Virus record (IMG/VR): IMGVR_UViG_3300013121_000033
Coordinates: 1-64,000 of that record
DNA: 64,000 nucleotides
Strand: one strand, 5' to 3'
Source: a virus
Lineage: Duplodnaviria > Caudoviricetes
Position numbers and translations under genes: made by a program. How positions within the stretch are numbered: position 1 is the first letter of the stretch; each line of letters opens with the position of its first letter. Below are positions 1-9,922 of this stretch, one piece after another. The notes below the pieces were generated by a model that saw nothing but the letters and a program-made list of their open reading frames with translations, did not search any database and was not told the origin of the DNA.

Positions 1-54
1 CCTCACGCGGGTCCTCGGCACTTCCGTTGCCCGTTTTCCCGGGGCCTGAGTTTT

Positions 55-357
55 TTGCCCCGCCGCCCCTGTCTCGACGCCGGCGCCCCCGGGTGCCTGC
101 GCTACACGACCGCCGGCTCGGTGTGTGCCCCGTGCGCCCGCCGCCGCAAGCGGGCCCGCAACGCCGACCGCCGGGTCGCCGCCGAGGCCGTGGCCGCCTG
201 GCGTGCGACGCATGGGGACTGGTGCCCGGGCTGGGGCCGGCCCGCCCATCCCTCCACAGACCTCACCGCCGAGCACGGCCCGCACCCCGTGGGGTCGGGG
301 CGGGTCGACTCAATTTTGTGCCGAGCTTGCAATAGCCGGAAGGGGACTCGACCATGA
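55..357 (+). CDS. Small HNH endonuclease (terminase-associated, HK97 gp74-like)
   Basis: MPRRPC...CxxC, DLTAEH...LCRACNSRKG; lies upstream of the terminase genes; TTG start uncertain. Confidence 0.75.
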   Translation: MPRRPCLDAGAPGCLRYTTAGSVCAPCARRRKRARNADRRVAAEAVAAWRATHGDWCPGWGRPAHPSTDLTAEHGPHPVGSGRVDSILCRACNSRKGTRP

Positions 358-887
358 GCCGCTCGGCCTCCGCCGCCTTCGACCGGCGACCCTACGACCT
401 GGCGGCTGCGATGATCAGCCGCTCGGCATGGACGGTCAACACCGACCTCGGCGTCATCATCGGGTCGCGCGGCCGTGCGATCGGATCGCTCAACGCCGAC
501 GGCTACGTCCAGGTCGCCGTCTACGACGGGTCCCGCGCCCGCCGGCCCATGGCCCATCGCATCATCTGGGAGTACGTCCACGGGCCTATCGAGGACCCGG
601 TGATGGAGATCAACCACAGGAACGGCTCCAAGGCTGACAACCGGATCGCGAACCTCGAGCTGGTCACCCCGTCGGAGAACCAGGCGCACGCCTTCGCCGA
701 AGGTCTTCATGTCGCGGCCGTTGGTGAGGAAGTCGGGACGGCCATCCTGACCGAGACCCATGTGCGTGCCGTCCGGGCACTCCACGCCGCTGGGTTCCGG
801 CAGTTCGAGATCGTCGCCACCACGGGGATCAGCGCTTCGCAGGTCAGCCGTATCGTGCGTCGCAAGACTTGGCCTTCGGTCGCCTGA
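354..887 (+). CDS. HNH homing endonuclease (HNH_3) with C-terminal HTH
   Basis: AHRIIW...INHRNGSKADNRIANLELVTPSENQAHA; GISASQVSRIVRRKTW. Confidence 0.85.
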   Translation: MSRSASAAFDRRPYDLAAAMISRSAWTVNTDLGVIIGSRGRAIGSLNADGYVQVAVYDGSRARRPMAHRIIWEYVHGPIEDPVMEINHRNGSKADNRIANLELVTPSENQAHAFAEGLHVAAVGEEVGTAILTETHVRAVRALHAAGFRQFEIVATTGISASQVSRIVRRKTWPSVA

Positions 888-1432
888 TGCCCGCCCCCCG
901 CAAGCGGCCCGGCACCCGGGTCGACAACCGTCCCCAGCGCCAGCGCCACCTCGAGGTCGCCGCCGACGCCGCACCCGTCAGCACCACCCCGTCGCCGCCC
1001 GCCGGCACCCTCGCCGCCACGAAGTTGTGGTGGGACGAGTTCTGGAAGTCCCCTCACGCCGCGTCGATGACCCCGGTGCACATGCCGGTGCTCGAGCGGC
1101 TCGTCTGGTGCTACGACGAGCTGCGCCGCACCACCAAGGTCGTGGCCAAGGCCCGCATGGTCCAGGGCTCGCAGGGCCAGCCCGTCGCCAACCCGCTCAT
1201 CGGCTACACGATGGCGCTGCAGAAGGAGATCCGCAGCCTCGAGGCCGAACTCGGCATCGGGCTCAAGTCAGCCTCCAACCTCGGCATCGTCCAGGGCCAG
1301 GAAGCCCTCACCGCCCAGGCGCTCAACGACATGGCCGAGGAGGTGGATGAGCGTGCCGGCCAAGAAGGCGCCATCGAAGTCACCAGCCGCGAAGAAGCGG
1401 ACCTCCTCGCCGGGTTCGAGGAAGCCCGCTAG
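887..1432 (+). CDS. terS: Terminase small subunit (P27 family)
   Basis: GQPVANPL...LEAELGIG motif; precedes terL; TGATG coupling at 885-889. Confidence 0.85.
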   Translation: MPAPRKRPGTRVDNRPQRQRHLEVAADAAPVSTTPSPPAGTLAATKLWWDEFWKSPHAASMTPVHMPVLERLVWCYDELRRTTKVVAKARMVQGSQGQPVANPLIGYTMALQKEIRSLEAELGIGLKSASNLGIVQGQEALTAQALNDMAEEVDERAGQEGAIEVTSREEADLLAGFEEAR

Positions 1433-3035
1433 CAAGCGCACCGCCAACCGGGCCGCGGCCCGGAAGAAGTGCCCGACCTGGCAGGACTACCTCACCACCC
1501 GACGCCCCGAGGGCCCCACCGACGGGTACCGGTGCATCCGCTGGATCGAGCGTCACTGCGTCCACACCAACGACCGATGGACCGGCAAGCCGTTCCAGCT
1601 GCTCCCCTGGCAGAAGTTCGTCATCCTCTGCCTGTTCACGATCGGCCCCGACGACCTCCGACTCATCCGCTGGGCGCTCATCGGGATCGCCAAGAAGAAC
1701 GGCAAGACCGAGCTGCTCGCCGCGCTCGCCCTCTACTTCGCCTTCGGCCCGTCCGGTCCCGACGGCCAGCCCGAGCCCGCTGCGCTCGTCGTGGTCGCCG
1801 CCGGCTCCGACGAGCAGGCCGACCTCCTCTTCGGCGCCGCCCGCACGATGTGCGAGCTCTCCCCGACGTTGCGGGCCGTCACCGAAGGCGGCCGCTTCGA
1901 GGACGAGATCCAGTGCCCGTCGCTGCCCGGCTCGAAGATCAAGCGAGTCGCCGCCGCCGCCAAGAAGACCTCGTCCACCCTCGACGGCAAGAACGTCTAC
2001 GTCGCGATCATCGACGAGCTGCACTGCTGGGAGGGCAACGGCGCACGGGTCGTGTGGGACACGATCACCAACGGCACCGTGACCCGCCGCCAGCCGATGG
2101 TGCTGCAGATCACCACCGCCCACTTCGACGATGACACGATCTGCGGCGAGCAGTACGCCTACGGCAAGGCCGTCGCCGAGGGCAAGGTCATCGATCCCCG
2201 CTACTTCTTCTGGTGGGTCGAGGCGCCGGCCGGTGCCGACCACACGGACCCCGAGGTGATCGCCGCCTCGAACCCGTCGTTCGGGATCACCGTCGGGATC
2301 GACTTCTACCTCGACCAGCTGACCAAGAAGACCGAGGCGGTGTTCCGCCGCTACTTCCTGAACCAGATCACCGAGGCCGAGGAGTCGTGGCTCGAGCACG
2401 GCCAGTGGGAACGCCTCTCGGTCGGCGACAAGTTCACCATCGACCCCGACCTGCCCACCTGGACCGGAACGGACGCCGCGACCAAGCACGACTCCACCGC
2501 CCACATCACCGCCCAGTGGAACCCGGACACCGGTCGGCTCCGGCTCCGCTGCCGCATGTGGGAACGGCCCTTCGACCCCCGCACCCGTCGACCGCTCGAG
2601 GGCTGGAAGCTCCCCACACCCGACATCGAGAACTACCTGAGCGACTGGCATCGCTCCGCTGGGGAGAACCTCAAGGCCTGCGGGTACGACCCCGCCCTGT
2701 TCCACCGCTCCGCCGACGCGCTCGAGGACCTCGGGCTCCCCATGGTCGAGTTCCCCCAGTCCGACGCCCGCATGGTCCCCGCGTCGCAACTCCTCTACCA
2801 GCTCATCGTCGAAGGCAAGATCGAACACGACGGCGACCCTGACTTCGCCCGTCACATGCGCAACGCGGTCGCCGTCCAGGCCCGCGGCGGCAACGGCGGC
2901 TGGCGGCTCTCCAAGGGGAAGAGCCGCGGCAAGAAGATGGACGCCGCGATCGCCGCCGCGATCGCCGTGTGGCTGGCCTGCCAGCCCGCCGAGGACGAGG
3001 AGCAACCCGCGGAGCCCGAGTTCGTCAGCCTGTGA
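1347..3035 (+). CDS. terL: Terminase large subunit
   Basis: Walker A IAKKNGKT, Walker B IIDELH, ITTA coupling motif, C-terminal KMDAAIA nuclease Asp. Confidence 0.95.
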   Translation: MSVPAKKAPSKSPAAKKRTSSPGSRKPASKRTANRAAARKKCPTWQDYLTTRRPEGPTDGYRCIRWIERHCVHTNDRWTGKPFQLLPWQKFVILCLFTIGPDDLRLIRWALIGIAKKNGKTELLAALALYFAFGPSGPDGQPEPAALVVVAAGSDEQADLLFGAARTMCELSPTLRAVTEGGRFEDEIQCPSLPGSKIKRVAAAAKKTSSTLDGKNVYVAIIDELHCWEGNGARVVWDTITNGTVTRRQPMVLQITTAHFDDDTICGEQYAYGKAVAEGKVIDPRYFFWWVEAPAGADHTDPEVIAASNPSFGITVGIDFYLDQLTKKTEAVFRRYFLNQITEAEESWLEHGQWERLSVGDKFTIDPDLPTWTGTDAATKHDSTAHITAQWNPDTGRLRLRCRMWERPFDPRTRRPLEGWKLPTPDIENYLSDWHRSAGENLKACGYDPALFHRSADALEDLGLPMVEFPQSDARMVPASQLLYQLIVEGKIEHDGDPDFARHMRNAVAVQARGGNGGWRLSKGKSRGKKMDAAIAAAIAVWLACQPAEDEEQPAEPEFVSL

Positions 3036-3046
3036 GGAGGCCCGCG

Positions 3047-3199
3047 ATGTCCCGACTGTCCACCGCGCTCGAACTCGTCGGGGCGCTGCTCGTCGCCGGC
3101 GGCGCCGCTGTCCTCGCACCCTGGCTCGGCCTGGTCGTCGCCGGCCTCGGCGTGTTCGCCGTCGGCGTCGCGCTCGACCCTCCCGCCCGGCGGCGCTGA
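3047..3199 (+). CDS. Small two-TM membrane protein preceding portal
   Basis: GAGGAGG RBS; hydrophobic 50 aa; a common position in HK97-like modules. Confidence 0.75.
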   Translation: MSRLSTALELVGALLVAGGAAVLAPWLGLVVAGLGVFAVGVALDPPARRR

Positions 3200-3202
3200 C
3201 CC

Positions 3203-4417
3203 GTGAGCCTCGTCCGTTCCCTCATCGAAGGCCGCGCGATCCGCGACGAAGACCTGTGGGGCCAGTGGGCCAAGGGCGACAACCCCGGCGGCAACACCTT
3301 CGCCGGCCGCCAGGTCACCCAGGAGACCGCGGTCAGCCTCATCGCCGTCCACGCCTGCGTCACCCTCATCTCAGACGCCATCGGCACCCTGCCCCTCGAC
3401 GCCTTCGACCCGCCGAACCGCGGCCGCCACCTCCAGGACCCCCAGCCCCGCTGGATCAACGACCCCAACCCCGAGATGGACGGCCTCGGCTTCGTCGAGG
3501 CGCTCGTCACCTCGATGCTCCTCGACGGCAACGCCTACGTCGAGGTCGTCCTCGACCGGGTCGGCCGGCTCGTCGAGCTGTGGCCCCTCAACCCCCGCGC
3601 CGTCCGCGACATCCGCCGCGTCGACAACGGCAAGGTCTTCGACATCCAGATGAGCAACGGCCGCGTCGTCGTCGGCGCCCCGGCCTACCGCCGCGGTGGT
3701 GCCGGCGGGGTTCTGCACATCCCCGCCTACCGGGCCGCCGGCAAGCTCAAGGGAGCCTCGCCGATCGCCCGGGCAGCCCAGGCCATCGGCCTCGGCCTCG
3801 TCACCGAGGAGTACGGCGCCCGGTTCTTCGGCCAGGGCTCGCACCCCGGCGGCATCATCGAACTCCCCGGCAAGGCCAGCCCCGACGTCGTCGAGCGCCT
3901 CAAGGACAACTGGGAGGCCCACCACTCCAAGCCCGGGAAGTTCCACCGGCCCGGCGTGCTGTCCGACGGCGCCAAGTGGCACCAGCTGTCGATCGCTCCC
4001 AACGAGGCCCAGTTCCTCGAGACCCGCCGCTTCCAGCTCAACGAGATCGCCCGCCTGTACCGGGTCCCGCCGCACCTCATCGCCGACGTCGACCGGTCCA
4101 CCTCGTGGGGCACCGGCATCGAGGAACAGGCGATCGGCTTCGTCGTCTACACGCTCCGCCCCTGGATCGTCCGCCTCGAGCGAGCACTGTCGGAGCTCAT
4201 CCCCGGCAACGGCTACGTCCGCTTCAACGTCGAGGGCCTCCTCCGCGGCAACACGAAGTCCCGGTACGACGCCTACGCCGTCGCCCGCCAGTGGGGCTGG
4301 CTGTCGGTCAACGACATCCGTGACCTCGAGGACCTCGACCCCGTCACCGGCGGCGACACCTACCTGTCCCCGCTCAACATGAACCCCCTCGACCGACCCG
4401 CCGGAGGCGCACCGTGA
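3203..4417 (+). CDS. Portal protein, HK97 family
   Basis: AVHACVTLISDAIGTLPL, GNAY, AQFLETRRFQ..EIARLYRVPPHL. Confidence 0.95.
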   Translation: MSLVRSLIEGRAIRDEDLWGQWAKGDNPGGNTFAGRQVTQETAVSLIAVHACVTLISDAIGTLPLDAFDPPNRGRHLQDPQPRWINDPNPEMDGLGFVEALVTSMLLDGNAYVEVVLDRVGRLVELWPLNPRAVRDIRRVDNGKVFDIQMSNGRVVVGAPAYRRGGAGGVLHIPAYRAAGKLKGASPIARAAQAIGLGLVTEEYGARFFGQGSHPGGIIELPGKASPDVVERLKDNWEAHHSKPGKFHRPGVLSDGAKWHQLSIAPNEAQFLETRRFQLNEIARLYRVPPHLIADVDRSTSWGTGIEEQAIGFVVYTLRPWIVRLERALSELIPGNGYVRFNVEGLLRGNTKSRYDAYAVARQWGWLSVNDIRDLEDLDPVTGGDTYLSPLNMNPLDRPAGGAP

Positions 4418-5100
4418 GAGAACGTCGCACCATCAGCACCGACCTCGCGGTGCGAGCGAAGACCGACGCCGGCGTCGTCATCGGCGGCCACTCCCCGGTC
4501 TGGAACCGCTACAGCCAGAACCTCGGCGGCTTCGTCGAGCAGGTCGCCCCCGGCGCGACGGCCAAGACCATCCAGGAGGCCGACATCCGCGGCCTCCTCA
4601 ACCACGACCCCAACCTCCTCCTCGGCCGCAACAAGGCCGGCACCATGCGCCTCGCCGAGGACAACGTCGGCCTCGACTTCGAGATCGACGTCCCCGAGAC
4701 CACCCCGGGCCGCGACCTGGTCGTGTCCGCCGAGCGCGGCGACATCAACGGGTCCTCGTTCAGCTTCCAGGTCGTCGGCGGCGGCCAGACCTGGGGCTTC
4801 ACCGAGGACGACTTCCCGCTCCGCACCCTCACCGAGATCAAGCTCTACGACGTCGGGCCCGTCACGTTCCCCGCGTACCTCGACGCCGAGTCCGGCATCC
4901 GGTCCGACATGGCCCGCGCGGCCGCCTTCGCCGGCCTCGTCACCGAGCGCCGCTCGATCGACGAGATCCTCGAGGCGGCCGCCGCCGACCAGCTGGCCGA
5001 GATCATCCGAGCCAACGACCCCGACGAGCCGCGCGACACGCACTCGCTCGTGGTCCACCGCGCCCGCCTCGAGCTGGCGCACCGACGAGCGGCGGTCTGA
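4414..5100 (+). CDS. HK97 prohead protease
   Basis: LLNHD, GSSFSF, LYDVGPVTFPAY. Confidence 0.95.
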   Translation: MRERRTISTDLAVRAKTDAGVVIGGHSPVWNRYSQNLGGFVEQVAPGATAKTIQEADIRGLLNHDPNLLLGRNKAGTMRLAEDNVGLDFEIDVPETTPGRDLVVSAERGDINGSSFSFQVVGGGQTWGFTEDDFPLRTLTEIKLYDVGPVTFPAYLDAESGIRSDMARAAAFAGLVTERRSIDEILEAAAADQLAEIIRANDPDEPRDTHSLVVHRARLELAHRRAAV

Positions 5101-5204
5101 CCGCTCATCACACCGGGGCCGCGCGACCCGCACCCCACACCAACCCCAACCACTAGGCGCCGCCACAACGGCGCGCGCCCCGAGTCCCACAGGAGGGACC
5201 CACC

Positions 5205-6449
5205 ATGGAGCTGCGCGAGCTGCTCAAGAACAAGATCGACGCCCGCGCGTCGGTGTGGGAGAAGGCCAAGGAGCACCTCGACACCGTCGAGTCCGAGGGC
5301 CGCGCCATGACCGGCGAGCACGAGGAGACCTGGAAGCGGTACATGACGGAGCTCGACCAGATCGACGCCGCCATCGCCGACACCCGGGCCCTCATCGAGA
5401 GCGAGCAGGCCGCCAACGAGGCCCGCGAGCTGTCCGACCGGCTCGGGCAGGGCCAGGAGGGTGGCGACCGCGCCGGAGGCGACAAGGCCGACGACGACGC
5501 CAAGCTGCGCGCCATCGCCAACGGCGAGGCCCGCGCCGCCGAGTTCCGCTTCGCCCCCGGCGAGGACCGCAGCTTCGCCACCGGTGAGCGCCGCGACCTC
5601 ACCGAGGGCACCAACTCGGCCGGCGGCTACACCGTGCCGACCAGCTTCCTCAACAAGCTGTACGAGCACCTGATCGCCAACTCGGCGATCCGCCAGACCC
5701 GCGCGACGGTCCTCAACACCGACTCCGGCGAGCCGCTCCTGGTCCCGAAGACCACCGCGCACGGCACCGGCGCCCTCGTGTCCGAGGGTGGCTCGATCGG
5801 CGAGTCCGACCCGACGTTCGGCCAGGCCCGCCTCGACGCCTACAAGTACGGCGTGCTCATCCAGGTGAGCAGCGAGCTCGTCACCGACACCGGCGTCGAC
5901 CTCGTCGGCTACCTGGCCCGCCAGGGCGGCCAGGCGATCTCCAACGCCGCCGGCGTCCACTTCATCACCGGCGACGGCTCCTCGAAGCCCCAGGGCATCA
6001 CCACGGTGTCGACCCTCGGCAAGACCGCGGCCTCCGCGACCGCGATCACCTTCGACGAGCTGATCGACCTGATGTACTCGGTCATCGCGCAGTACCGCAT
6101 CAACGGCGAGTGGATGTTCCGCGACGCCACCCTCGCCGCGATCCGCAAGCTCAAGGACAACGACGGCCAGTACCTCTGGCAGCCGGCCCTGTCCGGCGGC
6201 GAGCCGTCGACCATCCTCAACCGGCCCTACGTGACCGACCCGAACATGCCGGCCATGACCACCGGCCTCAAGTCGGTGCTGTTCGGCGACTTCTCGACCT
6301 ACGTCATCCGCGACGTCAACGGCGTCCGGGTCGAGCGGTCCGACGACTACGCCTTCGGCAACGACCTCGTCACCTGGCGCGTGCTGCTGCGCACCGACGG
6401 CGACCTGGTCGACACCACCGGCGCGGTCAAGCACCTCATCCAGGCCTGA
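5205..6449 (+). CDS. Major capsid protein, HK97 family
   Basis: N-terminal coiled-coil delta domain, GGYTVP, LKDNDGQYLWQP, FGDFS. Confidence 0.95.
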   Translation: MELRELLKNKIDARASVWEKAKEHLDTVESEGRAMTGEHEETWKRYMTELDQIDAAIADTRALIESEQAANEARELSDRLGQGQEGGDRAGGDKADDDAKLRAIANGEARAAEFRFAPGEDRSFATGERRDLTEGTNSAGGYTVPTSFLNKLYEHLIANSAIRQTRATVLNTDSGEPLLVPKTTAHGTGALVSEGGSIGESDPTFGQARLDAYKYGVLIQVSSELVTDTGVDLVGYLARQGGQAISNAAGVHFITGDGSSKPQGITTVSTLGKTAASATAITFDELIDLMYSVIAQYRINGEWMFRDATLAAIRKLKDNDGQYLWQPALSGGEPSTILNRPYVTDPNMPAMTTGLKSVLFGDFSTYVIRDVNGVRVERSDDYAFGNDLVTWRVLLRTDGDLVDTTGAVKHLIQA

Positions 6450-6461
6450 GCCTGAGCGGCC

Positions 6462-6505
6462 CCCGGGCCCGCCCCGACGCGACGGCGTCGCTGGGCGGGC
6501 CCGGG
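6462..6505 (+). terminator. Long GC hairpin after the capsid gene (terminator or mRNA-stabilising stem)
   Basis: CCCGGGCCCGCCC-CGACGC / GCGTCG-GGGCGGGCCCGGG; no U tract. Confidence 0.55.
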
Positions 6506-6572
6506 ACCCGCAGCGCGCGTCCGTCCCGCAAGCCACGTCCACCTGCAACCCCACCCGGAAGGAGGCCTGGCC

Positions 6573-6749
6573 ATGGCCAAGGTCAAGATGAAGTTCCAGA
6601 TCACCGGCACCCGCGACGGCCTCGACTGGCCCGCCGCCGGCGACACCATCGACGTCCCCGCCGACGAGGCCGACGACCTCGTCCGCGCCGGCGTCGCCGA
6701 GAAGGTCACCGCCGCCGCGGCCAAGAAGACCGCCGGCTCCGACGCCTGA
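6573..6749 (+). CDS. Small virion-module protein (58 aa)
   Basis: AAGGAGG RBS; MAKVKMKFQITGTRDG..WPAAGDTIDVP..EA..L pattern; not in the ORF track. Confidence 0.75.
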   Translation: MAKVKMKFQITGTRDGLDWPAAGDTIDVPADEADDLVRAGVAEKVTAAAAKKTAGSDA

Positions 6750-6897
6750 TGGTGCTCACCAAGGGTTCGGTCAACCCCGAGCCTCCGCCCCCGCCGCCCG
6801 AGCGTGACCGCGAACGTGCCGACACCCAGCGGTCGGCCGAGCGCGCCGTGACACCGCCCCGCGAGGAGCGGTGATGACGCCGGCCGAGAACTGAGCG

Positions 6898-7530
6898 ATG
6901 GCCACCCTCGACGTCCTCACTCTCGCCGAGGCGAAGGCAGCGCTCGGCCTCGACCCGGACGACACCGAGGACGACGAGCTGCTCGCCCGCAAGATCACCG
7001 CCGTGTCGCAGGCCCTCGACGGGCTCTGCGGTCCGGTGGTGCAGCGGACCGTCTCCGAGGTCCACGCCGGCGGTCGACCCCACGTGTGGGTCGACCAGCC
7101 GCCCGTGAAGTCGTTCACGTCGGTCACCGAGTACGACGCGACCGTCCCCCAGGTCCTCACCGCCGAGACCTACGCGTCGCAGCCTGCCGCCGCGTACCTC
7201 CCCGACCGGTTCGCCGGCACCACGAGCACCTACAACGGCAAGATCCGCCGCCGGGCTGGCGGCGCATCGTCGACGTTCCCCGTCGGGCCCGAGGCGGTCA
7301 GGGTCGTCTACGTCGCAGGCCGGTTCGCCGACACGGCGTCGGTCGACCCGATCTTCAAGGACGTCGCCGGGGTGATGCTCAAGAACTCCTGGCGCCCGCA
7401 CGAGGCCGGAGTGCAGTCCCTCGGCGAGTTCGACGTCCCCGCACAGAACTTCCCCCGGTTCGGAGTCCCGAACTACGTCCGCGACCTGCTGCCCGAAGCG
7501 GAGTGGGCCGCCGGCCCGAACGTCGCATGA
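6898..7530 (+). CDS. Head-tail connector/adaptor
   Basis: LTLAEAKAAL N-terminus, VRVVYVAG; position after capsid gene. Confidence 0.8.
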   Translation: MATLDVLTLAEAKAALGLDPDDTEDDELLARKITAVSQALDGLCGPVVQRTVSEVHAGGRPHVWVDQPPVKSFTSVTEYDATVPQVLTAETYASQPAAAYLPDRFAGTTSTYNGKIRRRAGGASSTFPVGPEAVRVVYVAGRFADTASVDPIFKDVAGVMLKNSWRPHEAGVQSLGEFDVPAQNFPRFGVPNYVRDLLPEAEWAAGPNVA

Positions 7531-8003
7531 AGGGCACCTCGCTCGTCGTCGCGAAGAAGGCGCTCGTCGCGCGGATCGCCGCCGTCGCCGCGCTCGACGG
7601 GGTCACCGTCAACTACCACCAGCCCGTCAAGGCCAGGGACCTCAAGTCGGCCAGCGCGTTCGAGGCGGTCTGGCTCGGCGACGCCTCCGCGACCGACGAG
7701 GTCCCAATCCTCACCGGCGGGCACCTCTATCGCGACGAGCACATCGACCTCGGCCTCCACGTCCAGGTCCTCACGCTCGCCAAGGTCGACGCTCAGGAGC
7801 TCGCCGACACCCGCGCCGCCGCGATCGTCGCCGAGATCGAAGGGCTCCTCGCGAACGACCCGACCATCGGCGTCACCGACCCGGCCGACTTCACCGTCCT
7901 GTTCGCCGGTGTCCGCCACGTCGTCGGATACCTGCCCGACCAGGGCGCCGGCTCCCGGTTCGACTGCACCGTGCGCATCACCGCCCGCCTCTCCCCGACC
8001 TGA
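7527..8003 (+). CDS. Probable tail terminator / head-tail protein
   Basis: ATGA overlap; size and position before the tail tube gene. Confidence 0.6.
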   Translation: MKGTSLVVAKKALVARIAAVAALDGVTVNYHQPVKARDLKSASAFEAVWLGDASATDEVPILTGGHLYRDEHIDLGLHVQVLTLAKVDAQELADTRAAAIVAEIEGLLANDPTIGVTDPADFTVLFAGVRHVVGYLPDQGAGSRFDCTVRITARLSPT

Positions 8004-8018
8004 CCCAGGAGGGACCAC

Positions 8019-8276
8019 ATGAAGGTCCGCTACGTCGGCCCGGCCGCCCGGCCGGTCACCGTCCACACGCCCGACGGGCAGTTGCTCACCGACGACGCCG
8101 GCGTCGTCGACGTGCCCGACGACCTCGCCGCCCGGCTCCTCGACCAGGACACCTGGGAGACCGGCGGCGGCCGCGCGACCAAGGGCCGCAAGCCCCGCAG
8201 CGGCGACCAGATCGCTCCCGAGCCGTCCACCCCGGACGGCAGCGACCCCGATGGCCACCAGGCCGAGGAGGACTGA
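8019..8276 (+). CDS. Small virion-module protein
   Basis: GGAGG RBS; VDVPDDLAARLLDQ..W motif. Confidence 0.65.
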   Translation: MKVRYVGPAARPVTVHTPDGQLLTDDAGVVDVPDDLAARLLDQDTWETGGGRATKGRKPRSGDQIAPEPSTPDGSDPDGHQAEED

Positions 8277-8279
8277 CCG

Positions 8280-9233
8280 ATGGCACTCAAGTCCGGCTTG
8301 GCCGCACAGATCGGCTACAAGCTCGAGACCACCTGGGGGACGTTCGTCGCGCCCACCCGGTTCATCCCGCTCAAGAGCGAGTCGATCACCGAGCAGATCG
8401 ACCCGCTCGAGTCCGAGGGGATCCTCGCCGGCCGCCGGGTCCTGACCTCCGAGCAGTGGGGCCAGGGCAACGTCGAGGTCTCCGGCAGCATCGAGCACGA
8501 GCTGTACCAGCAGGGCTGCGGCCTGCTGTTCCGGATCATGTTCGGCGCCGTGTCCACCACCGGGGCCGGCCCGTACGTCCACACGTTCACGCCCGGCGAC
8601 CTCACCGACGACCACGTGTCGTGCCAGGTCGGCATCCCCGACGTGTCCGGCACCGTGCAGCCGTTCAGCTTCTACGGCACCAAGGTCACCGAGTGGGAGC
8701 TCTCCGGCAAGGCCGGCGAGATCGTCATGCTCACCCTCGGCGTGGTCTCCAAGCAGCTGGCCACCAGCGACGCCCTCGCCTCGGCCAGCTTCGGCTCCGG
8801 CGCGGCCACCCCGTTCCGGTTCGTGCACGCCACCGCGACGGTCGCCGGCTCCGCCGCCAAGGTCAAGGAGTTCAGCCTCAAGGGCAACAACGGCCTCGAC
8901 ACCGACCGCCGCTTCATCGGCACCGCCTACATCGACGAGCCCCTCGAGGCCGACCTGCGCGAGTACAGCGGCGAGCTCACCCTCGAGTTCGAGTCGCTCA
9001 CGCAGATGAACCGGTACCGCAACGCCACCGAGGCCGCCGTCGTCATCACCCTCTCCGCCTCCGCGTCGGCGTCGCTCGTCATCACCATGAACTGCCGGTT
9101 CGACGGGTCCACCCCGACCGTCGACGGCCGCGGGATCGTCGAGCTGAAGGTCCCGTTCAAGTGCGTCGCCTCCTCCACTGACGCCTCGGCCATCACCGCG
9201 GTGATGACCAACAGCGACGCCACCCCCAGCTGA
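8280..9233 (+). CDS. Major tail tube protein
   Basis: ETTWGT, PYVHTFTPG, REYSGELTLEF; position. Confidence 0.85.
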   Translation: MALKSGLAAQIGYKLETTWGTFVAPTRFIPLKSESITEQIDPLESEGILAGRRVLTSEQWGQGNVEVSGSIEHELYQQGCGLLFRIMFGAVSTTGAGPYVHTFTPGDLTDDHVSCQVGIPDVSGTVQPFSFYGTKVTEWELSGKAGEIVMLTLGVVSKQLATSDALASASFGSGAATPFRFVHATATVAGSAAKVKEFSLKGNNGLDTDRRFIGTAYIDEPLEADLREYSGELTLEFESLTQMNRYRNATEAAVVITLSASASASLVITMNCRFDGSTPTVDGRGIVELKVPFKCVASSTDASAITAVMTNSDATPS

Positions 9234-9739
9234 TGAGCCGCGGCCGGGGCGTCGTCCAGGTCCGGGGGCTGCGCACCTTCCAGGCGGAGCTGCGCAGCGC
9301 TCACCCGAAGCTGGCCCGCGCCCTGGCCAAGGCCAACCGGCAGATCGCCGAGAAGGTCGCGGCCAACGTCCGCGCCAAGGCCCAGGCACGCGGCGGGATC
9401 ACCGCCAAGGCCGCGCCGGCGATCGTCGGCCGCGGCGAGCAGCGCGTCGCGAAGATCGCCATCAACAAGGGGACCAGCTACCAGTTCGCCGACGGCGCCT
9501 TCTTCGGCGCCAAGCAGTACCCGCAGTTCGCGCCGTGGGTCGGCAACAGCTGGGAGGACGACTGGCCGGTCGGCGCCAACGCCGAGGGCCCCGGCCGCGG
9601 CGCCTACGCGATCAACCCCGGCATCTTCGTCTCGATCCCCGAGATCGAGGACTTCTACCTCAACGCCTTCGAGGACGCCGTCGCCGCCGCGTTCCCCGAC
9701 GACATCGCCGACATCGGCCGAGGCGTCATCGGCCTCTGA
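9233..9739 (+). CDS. HK97 gp10-like tail completion protein
   Basis: VQVRGLR N-terminus, basic composition, A.FFG motif. Confidence 0.55.
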   Translation: MSRGRGVVQVRGLRTFQAELRSAHPKLARALAKANRQIAEKVAANVRAKAQARGGITAKAAPAIVGRGEQRVAKIAINKGTSYQFADGAFFGAKQYPQFAPWVGNSWEDDWPVGANAEGPGRGAYAINPGIFVSIPEIEDFYLNAFEDAVAAAFPDDIADIGRGVIGL

Positions 9740-9922
9740 GACGACCCGCAGGCCGTCGCGTCCCCGGTCACCCGACCCGGGCCGCACCGGCGGCGCCTGC
9801 GGCGTCCGAGGCAGCAATCCGCCCCCCGGCAGGTGGGCGCCCACCGTCCCGCACGACACGGCCGTGCGGGGCGGTGGGGAACACCTGCCACCCCAACCCA
9901 CCTGCCACCCACGGAGCAACCC

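Noticed and set aside
1-60. cos site or genome end at the window start
   Set aside because: No recognisable cos; the window edge may be arbitrary.
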